64,000 nucleotides of DNA from Nemertoderma westbladi (Eukaryota > Animalia > Xenacoelomorpha): assembly GCA_032718475.1 (NCBI GenBank), contig JAUCBJ010000720.1:1-64000 (forward strand). Reading direction: 5' to 3'. Position 1 is the stretch's first letter, and each line of letters begins with the position of its first letter. The notes beneath the pieces are model-generated. The model was not told the origin of the DNA and searched no databases. It worked only from the letters and a program-made list of their open reading frames with translations. Position numbers and translations under genes: made by a program. Below, in pieces: positions 53,900-64,000 of the stretch.

Positions 53900-55590
53900 C
53901 TAGAGTCACATGCCGGTGTTTTTTTGGAGAGAGAGCGGCAAACAATTCTTTGAGTCCCTTTCCTGATGACCTTTCTGGCCCAAACCCTGGGCCGCCAGGG
54001 AGGCCAGATTGTGAGGGGGAGAGGGATTCTGGAGTTGGAGGCTACTCTCATGTTCCACCCCGACCAACAAAGCTATTGGTGAATCTGAGGCCAGTCACTA
54101 GACTAGCCTCAGTAAACACCCTAACACTCGGGTCCCCAATGCGACAAGGTGAGCTGACTGCCTTGGCAGATAAGCTTTCTCTTAGTGCAGTGGGTGTTCA
54201 AGAGCACCGAATGCAGACTGGACAGACTGATGAGGTTCTGATTAAGGACATGGGGGGCAGTTGGCGACTCGCCCTCGCTTCAGCAGATGATAGTGGCAAT
54301 GGTGGAATTGGTCTATTGATGAATCCAACTGCACATGCAGCATTGGACAAAATAGACCAAATCTCTAACTGCATCATCCGTTGCCACTTCTCATGTTCTG
54401 GAAGACTGGCTAAGAAGTTTCCTAAGGTGGTTCTGATTGTGTGCTACTCTCCAACTAGTGTTGCCCCTGTAGTGGAGGTGGAAAATTTCTACCAGAATCT
54501 ACAAGCAGCTACTGATGGAGTGGATCAGCATGCATTCTTAACATTCCTGGGAGACTTTAATGCAAGTCTGCATCAATCACCTACATCGCCCTGGGTCTAT
54601 AGCAATAGTGTTAACCGAAATTCCGTCCATCTTCAGGATTTTATCTCTGGAAATGGATTGTTTTCGGCTGGAACCCAGTTCAAGAAGCGAACTGGAAAGC
54701 TATGGACTCATAGTGGACCCAGTGGTCACAAGTCCCAGATACTATACAAAGACTGTAATTTAATTTACAGGAGCTAATAAACCAACATGTTGATGCCATC
54801 AATGATGCTGACGACAGCAGGCAATCATCCCAGGCATGGAGATCGATCAACTTGCTTGCTGGTCGAAAAGGCCAACCAACCACCAAGGTTAAGGCTGAAT
54901 CACCAGCCGATCGCCTCAATGGTTGGAAGGCCCACTTTGAAAAGCTCATCAATAATGACAGGGTATTGCCTGATAACTTTATAGAAGTAAAAGTGTATGA
55001 GTCTGTACTTCCAGATATTCCCATTGGTGATATCTCCTTTGCAGAAGTGAAGGCTGCTGCAAAGAGCATTAAGACCAATCGTGCCAGTGGAGTATATGGT
55101 GTTCCTCCTGAGGTCTTTAAAATACCTGAGTGTTTAAAGCTCATCTATCCCATCATAGTAGAAATGTACCGAACAGCAAGAGTCCCACAAGAAATGAAAA
55201 CAAATAAGTTGGTGCCTGTTCCTAAGAAGGGCAACCTAACACTCTATGGTTCTTTTCGGGGAATCTCATTGATCTCGATTGCTGCAAAGCTATACAATAG
55301 AATTCTATTAAATCGCATCAGGGATCCCATTGAGAGACTGCTCCGTGGAAACCAGAATGGGTTCTGTAAAGGTCGTGGGACCATGGAGCCCATTTTGGCA
55401 CTTAGAAGGATAATTTAAGAGTTATCAAAAAAGAAAGACAGGCATCTGGCTTTCCAGGATTTGGAAGCCACCGAGAATTAATCGGAAACTTAAGGTCCGA
55501 TTATGGTGGTGGACAGCCCATGACTTTCTTAAGACGCATCTTAAAGGACACTGGCCTTGAAGATGCGGATGATCTAGCAAAGTGTTGTTA
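53900..55590 (+). mobile_element. Internally deleted RTE-like non-LTR retrotransposon (APE endonuclease + partial RT), pseudogenised
   Basis: APE motifs ASVNTLTL, VGVQEHR, GGIGLL, CYSPT, FLGDFNA, NRN, LWT; RT N-terminus ASGVYGVPPEVFK, VPVPKKGNL...FRGISLISIAAKLYNRILLNRI, NQNGFCKGRGT; then short C-terminal-like relics RIWKPPRINRKLKVRL and LKDTGLEDADDL. The YADD core is missing. Confidence 0.88.
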
Positions 55591-55685
55591 AGTTGTGGTG
55601 GTAGCAAAGTTGTGGCGCTGCAATTTTGTCGATAAACCGGCACAGCATTCTTAAAAATGCAGCTGCAATGCAGCATGCCGATCCT

Positions 55686-56334
55686 ATTTTGAAAATCAAT
55701 TCAATATTTAAATTGATTGTTACAACTTATTTCTCGCGTTTTAGAGGTTTATGGGAGTTCTGAATTCAATGAAATAAATAATCATCTAACTAGACATCTC
55801 AAACTTGTATTTTTCGGAAGTAGGTGCAAAATTTGGTGCTAGCAGCACCATATTTTGAAAACCTCCAAATATATCAATTGATTGTATCACCTTGTTTCTT
55901 GCGTTATACGGGTTTGTAAGGGTACTGAATTCAATGGAATATGTAAAAATTCCATAAGAGTTTTCAAACCTGTATTTTTCGCCGGAGGGTGAAAATTGTT
56001 GTGCCAGCACCTAATTTCGAAAATAAGCAAATTGATAAATATATCGTATCATGTTGTTTCTTGTGTTATACGGGTTAATGGGGGTCGTCAATCCGATGGA
56101 ATCAATAAAAACCCACTGGACATCTCAAACTTGTACTGTTTGGTGATGGGTACGAGATTTGGTCCTAGCACCAAATTTTGCCACATTACGCCGAAAAATA
56201 CGAGTAGAAATGATCTGGCAAATTAGAAATGTATTCCATTAGGATCAGCGCCCCAGAAAACCTAAAAATGTGGATTTATGGCATCGTATAAGTGAATTAA
56301 AAATTTCGTGTTCAAACCGAAAAGTGCTGGTTAC
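55686..56334 (-). repeat. Right arm of the long inverted repeat
   Basis: Inverted copy of 52563-53207 with scattered substitutions. Confidence 0.9.
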
Positions 56335-57060
56335 TTGTTTTTTTTTCATTTTTTGTCTACGTAGACGACTAAAACAGCCATTTATAATAATCAGACCCCA
56401 GTACTTTTTTCGAAATTTTTTTCTCAGTCGGATTCAGAATAGTGAAATCTGCGTACAAACGGGGGGGGGGGGGGGGGGGTAAATTAATAATAATATTAAA
56501 ATAATATTAATAATACTAATAGGGTTAATAATCAAAAAATATATAGTATATAATATTACACAGGCTTTCGATAGATTATTTTTATCTTCTTCAGGTGTTA
56601 AATAATAAATTATTTCTGGACCAATTTCCTAGACAATAAATTATGGATTTATTATGCAATTATTATTTCCTTTTATAAAATAACAATAAATTAAATTATA
56701 TTAATATATCATATGTACGAAATGGTATGAAATGGTGCTTATATTCATTATGTAAGACTCTTGTTTATTTATGTAAACCACCATCACTCTGCTCCCTAGT
56801 ACATAAATACTATCAGATCATATATCTGAAACATTGCAAATATTCACCAGCACCAATACCAAACCTAATTACAATGTAACAAATTCGTATATTTCTTCTT
56901 CACAAACAAGTTTTCAACCTGTAAAATAAATAATTACTTAAATATAATACATATATATAATATAAATAATTAAAAATAATAAAGCGCACTCAAATATTAT
57001 GAGGCCACTGCTACAACATTTATATTATTTACTATATTTTTTGTAAAACTTACATTTGAA

Positions 57061-57597
57061 CTAAATTAAAATCTTCATTTCAACACGGGAAGCTGGATGG
57101 CTTCCAGTGAATGTCCACCAACGTGGTCCATTGAAATCGTGTTCACCATAGACTCCATTCAAGTTGCTCTCTTGGCACCATCGGTACCACCAGGCTCCCG
57201 TATGTTTAATGGCACAGTTAATGGAATGTGAACCGTCATTATCGCGGTCCTTTGTGGTGAATGACATACCATTGTGAATAAACGTCAACGAGTCTCCAGC
57301 AGTGCCATGGTAACCGGATATATGTAGTCGGTAATTCGTTTCAGCGGATCCCAGATAGAAGTTGTCGTATTCCGCGTATCGGTGTTCATTGTTGTATTCC
57401 ACCAGCTGTCCATTATCCAATCCTTGTCCAGTGTACCACAAATCGACTCTCAACTTAACTCCATCTTTACTAAGCATGTGGATCTCTTCCAAACCCAACC
57501 AGAAATTTGTATTCTGATCTCCAAATCCTTCAACGTACTCATTCCAGTTGCGATAGAAGTTCACCGATCCATCCACTCTTTGTTGAATCTTCTTCCA
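57061..57597 (-). CDS. Terminal coding exon of a fibrinogen-related domain (FReD/FBG) protein, ficolin/tenascin/angiopoietin-like family
   Basis: WKKIQQRVDGSVNFYRNWNEYVEGFGD...FWLGLEEIH...LRVDL...YAEYDNF...YRLHISGYHGTAGDSL..HNGMSFTTKDRDND...NCA...GAWWY..C..SNLNG...VEMKI*; preceded by a polypyrimidine tract and AG acceptor (minus strand ...gatttttag at 57598); phase 0. Confidence 0.93.
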   Translation of the reverse strand, partial: WKKIQQRVDGSVNFYRNWNEYVEGFGDQNTNFWLGLEEIHMLSKDGVKLRVDLWYTGQGLDNGQLVEYNNEHRYAEYDNFYLGSAETNYRLHISGYHGTAGDSLTFIHNGMSFTTKDRDNDGSHSINCAIKHTGAWWYRWCQESNLNGVYGEHDFNGPRWWTFTGSHPASRVEMKILI

Positions 57598-57839
57598 CTA
57601 AAAATCAAAAACAAAATCTTATTTTTGTGTTTTACACAACTTATTTCCAGCTCAAATCCCCCAGAACAATATTGACTAGCTCACATAGCCTTTAAGGAGG
57701 CAAGGTATAAATGAGCATTAGCTAGTCATTTTTTTTGGGGGGGGGGGGGGGTAGTCCCCCCCCCCCCCGCCCCCCTCGCAAAAATGTCATAAATTTGCTA
57801 TTTAAAACATCTAGGGATTTCAAATCTGAAAACAGCTAG

Positions 57840-58010
57840 AGAAATCTCTTTTACTTCTCTAGTTATCGTGGAATATATGTCTGCCAATCTGTCTGTCAAA
57901 ATGAGAGACAGACAGACAGACAACCGACAGACGGACAGACTACATTCCACCAAATAATGAAACTGACATCGGAAATGAAATCAGTCACCCCTAAAACCCC
58001 ATAAATATTA
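57840..58010. repeat. Dispersed repeat with a (GACA)n microsatellite, possibly Helitron/Helentron-associated
   Basis: gacagacagacagacaaccgacagacggacagac at ~57907-57940 preceded by inverted tctgtctgtc; family assignment is inference. Confidence 0.3.
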
Positions 58011-59261
58011 TTTCAGCTCGGTGGTGTGCTTCCTTCCTGTCAGACACTGTAAACCAACCAGACCCCATACAGGTAGTTTTGCGGGGTGGGGTGGTTTGAA
58101 CTTTGAAGATGATTATCTCAGAATGACGTTTATTCGCACGAAAAATACTATTCCACCGCCATTTCTTAAACGTTTTTTTTACAATTTTTGCTTTATATAA
58201 AAGGTAATTTCACAAGATTTAATAAATTTCACGCATTTAATTAAAATGTATTATTTCCCCATTTTTTTAATGGAAAATTACAAAAAAACATGGGTTTTTT
58301 CAGTTTTTAAAAATTGTTGAATTTTTTTTTACAAAATTGCCAATTATCAGAAATAGAAAACGAAATTAAAAAAGTGCGTGAAAAATATGATGAAAATGAA
58401 CATGCTGGTGCCAATGAATGTGGCATCTGAAAATAAAAATTTAAAATAACGCATGAGTTTAGTCTGTTTAGTGAAATTTTTTAAATCTTAAATATTATCG
58501 TAAGCAATACAGGATCTAGACTTGGCATTGTTTCTTGCAGGAAATATAATAACCCCAGAAGATTTTTGAATGGACGCTGTGCTTGGCAATTTAGCATGCT
58601 AATGCTGAATCTTGAGAATCAACCTTTCATCTGAGTCGCTAGCGGAATGACATCCTTGAGGTCACTAGTTCGATCCCACCTGGACATACTTGCCAAATTT
58701 GCTAAGCTGGTCCCAAAAAAATTATAATAAAATGTATTATGTATTATGCAAACCGAATACATAAATTAATTTTGCAAGCCTGTTTGCCACTCTAAAAAAT
58801 GTTGGCACTTTTTGGCTCTTTAATTTTGGCTTAATTAAAGGGTTCTTTTTACAAGGATTATAACATGACAATTTAGGTTTAATAACAAACTAACATTGTC
58901 TCTTTCAACCATTTTGTTTTCATCCCCGTCGTTCTCCCCAAGGCACTCCACCACAGAAAGGGCCACAAGAGCTGAAAGTAGGTTAATTGACTTCAACATT
59001 TTGTAGAATTTGTCAGAAACAAACCAATTTCATTGTGAATGATTTAAAAAACGACACACACGTCCTATATATACAAAGAATATGCAAACACTGTTGCATT
59101 AGTTACTGCTGCTGCAGTAACTAATGCAAAAATTATATGAACAAATATCTGAATTATAATAACCGAATATAATTTCCGAGATAAAGTAATGGACTGACGG
59201 CCCAATTAGTACATTCCTAGTAAAAAAACGTGTATTAAATTCCAGATGTTTTGTAGCTTAC

Positions 59262-59315
59262 TGACAGTAGTGGCTCAGTCAACATATAGTAATAATACTG
59301 ATTGTTATGTTGGAC
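59262..59315 (-). CDS. Candidate 54-nt upstream exon of the FReD gene (VQHNNQYYYYMLTEPLLS)
   Basis: Minus strand ttttatag|gtc...tca|gtaagc; open and phase 0 at both ends, so compatible with the FReD exon; no homology support. Confidence 0.3.
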
Positions 59316-59889
59316 CTATAAAATGATTGACATAATTTCATAATGTCATTTAACTATAATTTAATTGTAGATTACCGGCTTGTTCTAATATAATATGGAT
59401 AGTACAATTAATGCGTATATCCCCAGGTTGGTTTACTGTCCTCCCTTGTGCGGAGAGTAAGTAAGTCTAGGTTAGCTTGGGCTTATCCCTTTCTGTTGAT
59501 AATCTGTCGCTGGACCAAACAAACTCGGTTACGAGGAAGGCCAGATGGTGAAAATAAGATAAATGACCATTGTTACATCAGTAGTGGGAAATGTATAAAA
59601 TTATAATTCTGCACATCAAATTGATGAAATGTCTGCTAATTTTGATTATTTGGATCATGGAGCTCATTGCAAACGGGGCAAGTATTTATTTTGACGGATG
59701 AATTAAATAATACACAAATCCCTAGAATGTCTCAAATTTTATGTAACAGCTCGAAGCATTGTGTTAATGAGACACGAGTTCAGCATCAGTGTTCAGCGCT
59801 TGTAACTCGCTCTACCGCACTATCGAACACATCGTGTTTGTCTCAAACTGCAAGCGGCAAGAAGAAGAATGGAATAATATATTTTTGTG

Positions 59890-60546
59890 GAAAGCAAAAA
59901 ATGAGACAATACCTAAAGCCCGCGAAGTTCCATGTTGATGATTTTGCAGATGCGCTCGAAGCTAAGTGCCGACTTCCACCGCATGGAAATGAATTGGATG
60001 GTTATGAAATGTTCGTCCCAGAATTAGATAACTCGATCACTTTGGATGAATTGAAACAGGCAACAATTAAACTCAAAGATGGTAGGTCATCCAGTGACGG
60101 TATAACATCGGGAATGCTTTAAAACACCTCAGATTTGGCCATTTATATTAATAATCCTAATTATTTGATTGTCTTCAGGCACATATCCACACTACTGGTC
60201 TGGCACATATCCACACTACTGGTCTGGCACATATCCACACTACTGGTCTGGCACATATCCACACTACTGGTCTGGGCTTTTTCTTTATGTAGAAATTTAC
60301 AAAAGGGGGGAAACGAATGAGGCAAAGAACTACAAACCCATATCACTTGTCGCGTCATTGGCGGAAATTCTCGACATAGTTCTATGTAATAGACTAACTT
60401 CTCATTTGAAGAATTACAATCTGCATATCAAAAAGGAAGAAATTGTTATGAACAAGTTTTTATATTGAAAGTTTTAATTGCATAAGAAAACAAAGAAAAG
60501 CCTATATATTTGCTTCCTAGATTTTCAAGGCGCGTTTGATAGGGTA
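59890..60546 (+). pseudogene. Degenerate non-LTR retrotransposon RT fragment
   Basis: PELDNSITLDELKQATIKLKDGRSSSDGI, IYKRGETNEAKNYKPISLV...NRL and YICFLDFQGAFDRV (~60505-60546), in broken frames. Confidence 0.82.
60178..60273 (+). repeat. 24-bp tandem repeat x4 inside the LINE relic
   Basis: ggcacatatccacactactggtct repeated four times perfectly. Confidence 0.95.
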
Positions 60547-63469
60547 TTGTGTGGGGCGAGCGACGAAAGTATGCAAGCTTAGCATACAGGTACCACTAAC
60601 TCAATTGGTGTGTCTGTTGTTCTGTTGATCTGTTGCTCTGTTGTTCTGTCGATCTGTTGTGTCCAATTTTAAACGTTAATAACTCAGCCAAATCTCGATA
60701 AAATATATCCAAACTTGGTACATAAGTAGTCTGGCAAAAGTTTAGAAATTTTCCAAGTTGAATTTGCGTGGGGTCTTCGTGCAGCATCTGTGTAACTGTC
60801 TTACAGTTATAATAAATGTATCTATCCAAAAATTATTAGGCTTGGCATCAGCTGGTTGCTAGGAGACTACAGGATTACAGTACGGCACTGGTACTGTTAA
60901 CTGTTACAGTGGTACAGAGTTACCGGTACCGTCTTCAGGTCGTTGGTCGTTGGCAAGGCCATCTAAACAACAGGCCATGACCTAGCCTTCAAAATTATCG
61001 CAGGCTAACTGCTGATTATGGTACCTAAACCTGTAAACTGTACTAAGCTCAGAAGCTATATACTGTTATTGGGCTTTGGAATAATCCATTCAGCCTTTTA
61101 TTTAAACATTGAATCCCCTTATTTGTTATAAAACCATCGGAAATATCCGCAAATGCCGCTCCATTACTGTTTGAAACGCTTCCGACAGTCCGATGTATCT
61201 GGACCCAAGCAGCCGAGTGGCATCAAGATGCGGTTAACTGAGTAATAAATACTACGGAATTGCTTGCTTGTCAGTAAGATTCTATTTACCACACTGGGAA
61301 TACGGCGGTCAGTCGGATCATAATGCGGGCCACTGCCAAGTTCCTCATGCCTCACTCAGGCCACTCACCTTGGAGTGCGGTGGGAAGAGTCCAACTTACG
61401 TCGACGACTGGACGAATCAACGAGGATTGCGATTTGGGTTTAGCGGCAGCCCGGACAGCCGGATCCTGGGATCACCTGGGGTAAATTGTTGAAAGTCAGG
61501 CAGATGTGTATCGCACCGGATTACGTTCTCTGCCATGCGAAAGTGTGAGGCAAATTCATTTGTTCGCGCTTTTGAAGACCTTTAGCAGTTTAACCTGCCA
61601 AAATTTATATGTCTTTTAGTTAATTAACACACCTTTAGCATACGACAATATTTTATGCTAATAAACAAAACATTAGCCGAAGCCAGCCCATGCGCGATCA
61701 TTCACCCGATGGATCTACACCCGGGAGGCTGAATTCGGATGCTTAGATTTTATTATTGCAGTGTAAGGTTGCAGTGTAAGCCTACTGTATTATTCGATTG
61801 ATCGCTAATATGTAATTTCTGACAGATATTATTAACTTTCGGGAAATATTAACAGTTCCTTTAGGACGTGGCGCTCTATCTATTTAAACAGAGCTAGGAC
61901 TTATACTAAACGCAACGATAAGGCTTATGATTAAAGTATAAGTCGCATTCTTTAGGAAATGCTTTGTTACCAGTCACATCACACTCACAATCATGCACAC
62001 TATTCTGCCGACCGTCAGTATATTTGATCACACATAAAGAGAACAGCAATTGACTCAGGTAGTGTCTACTAAATAACATTAGATTCAATACACACCACAT
62101 TGATATAAATCGCAATTGTTATATATAGCCCGCCTCTCTAACCTGTAGTGTATCAAGAAAATTGGGAATTTTGGGTGATTTATCCGTATTCTCCAAAGAG
62201 CAATATTTCCATCAACAAATAGATACAATTAATAACTGACGGTAAATAGCAGTACAAACAATATGATTAGTGCAGTTAAATTAAGTGAGGTAACACCGCC
62301 GGTAACAGTTATACTTTCTATAATCTAAGCAGTTTTACTAGAGTTCTTAGAGCCGGTGTTTCTGGCTTAGACAGCAATAACAACAAAGTATCAAGTAAAG
62401 CAGTAAGACTGAACACTCTCCTTATGATCGACCGAAAAGCTACACGTCGACAGGAAAAATCGCTCTGATTGGCTCAAGCCAAACAAAGAACCATGCATCC
62501 AATGGCTGTTTCCATGTCAGCAACCAGCTGTTAGATGTCGTAATATGAATCATCACGGCTAAGCTGTGAAAGGTAGTTGGTGCATTACAGGTTTTTTGCC
62601 TTACCATGTCCGCCAAAACACGTATATAGCAGAATGGCTTTTATGTCCGTTAAAACACCTGTAACGGTACCTTGCGGGCGAGGGGAATATATATACAGTT
62701 AGAGAACCTTTTTAGAGTATTCCAGCGCCTGGGGGGAAACTGGATTGCGAAGCAAAAGGGGCCAGTTATATCCCACAGAAGCTTTTACACCGCTCCCAGA
62801 AAATGGGATTTAAGTCTATAAAATATACAAAATCACAGTTTCTAAAATATAAAAATACTCTAAACAGTTAGTCTTTCTTGCGCGGACGGCGTTTACGCAG
62901 TTTTTTAAAGCTAGCCAGAGTCTTTTTCTCTTTGGGGCGAGCCACTTTACAAGGAGGGCTATAACTCCTGGGTGAAGGGTGTACTGTAGTACTGTCCAGA
63001 TAGGAAATACCACCGCCTGACGACCTATAACCGTATCGCTATAGGTACTACGTTATGTATCACGGATTGTTCCTACCCAGAAGCTAATAGAGCTAACGAA
63101 TGTGCCTATCAACCACTTTACAACACAAATATACTGCCTACACTAATTACTTCGGAAAGCACTGTACACTAAACCCTAAATTAGGTACAAGTACTGGTAC
63201 AACAAATAATCAGTAGTTAAATATACTTGAACAGTTAAAAGAACCACGGCATCTGCTGGAGTGACCGAAGCACAAAGTCACCAGTCTTTACCTACGCCAA
63301 GCAGCCCGTGTAGTACCGGGGTTAATTTAACTATAACGGTATGTGTAACAAACACAATTACTGTAGGAATAAACTTGGGGACATGAATGTTGCGAATAAT
63401 CGCATAAACTCTGAATAATAAATATTACGCTACCCGTACAGAATACTCAAACAGAATACAAACCAAACG

Positions 63470-63990
63470 CTGGCAGACTACTATCAAGCCTAAACAAACT
63501 ACAGTATGTGCAGATTCTGAAACTGTTAGTTAGTATGCGTTCTAACACGGTAGTACGACTTACTCTTTAAGAGGGGATTGACCTTACAGCATATGGCTGC
63601 CCCAACTTACTAACGGCACTTGATCAGACAAACTCTACACACGCAGCAATCCCTTCAGGCCTAAGAATAGCTAGACAACAATCCAGCCTACAAAATATCT
63701 GAGTAATAACTATCACGGTACCTGAACAGACCACACAAACAAACACAGGCTAAAACACTGGCAGACTACGATCAAGCCTAAATAAACTACAGTATATGCA
63801 GATTCTGAAACTGTTAGTTAGTATGCGTTCTAACACGGTAGTGCGACTTATTCTTTAAGAGGGGATTGACCTTCAGCATATGGCTGCCCCAACTTACTAA
63901 CGGCACTTTATCAGACCAACTCTACACACACCGTAATCTCTCCAAACTCAATAACAGTCAGACAGCAGCTCAGCCTACAATTATCTGAAC
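63470..63990 (+). repeat. Direct repeat with 288-bp period (two copies; may continue beyond the window)
   Basis: ctggcagactac(t/g)atcaagcctaaa...ctctacacac starts at 63470 and 63758; the first ~170 bp are highly similar and the remainder more diverged. Confidence 0.9.
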
Positions 63991-64000
63991 AATCTGAGCA

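Noticed and set aside
53963-53969. CTGATGA as a hammerhead core in the RTE 5' region
   Set aside because: No GAAA or stem III follows at a suitable distance.
58630-58690. tRNA gene (B-box-like gttcgatccc)
   Set aside because: No cloverleaf or convincing A box; at most a SINE-head relic.
60596-61492. Short ORFs in moderately GC-rich sequence
   Set aside because: No recognisable domain; possibly decayed element sequence but not supportable from the sequence alone.

Overview
AT-rich, repeat-dominated eukaryotic DNA, most consistent with an invertebrate animal (spliceosomal-type fibrinogen-domain exon, Penelope-like element, RTE-type LINE, THAP domain). Positions 1-5101 hold an intact-looking Penelope-like retroelement: an RT + GIY-YIG ORF between two near-identical pseudo-LTRs, each carrying a minimal type I hammerhead ribozyme. 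About 57% of the window (13554-49914) is one uninterrupted ~36 kb array of 29/30-bp monomers. That array lies inside a 38.4 kb interval (12064-50464) bounded by 22-bp terminal inverted repeats and an 8-bp target-site duplication, which looks like a single non-autonomous hAT-type transposon inflated by internal satellite amplification. The rest is a mosaic: a decayed THAP/P-like gene, MITEs, minisatellites, ~645-bp inverted arms enclosing an internally deleted RTE-like LINE, another LINE RT relic, and the terminal coding exon of a fibrinogen-related (FReD) gene. The many ORFs called inside the tandem arrays are repeat artefacts. All calls come from reading the sequence by eye; no searches were run.
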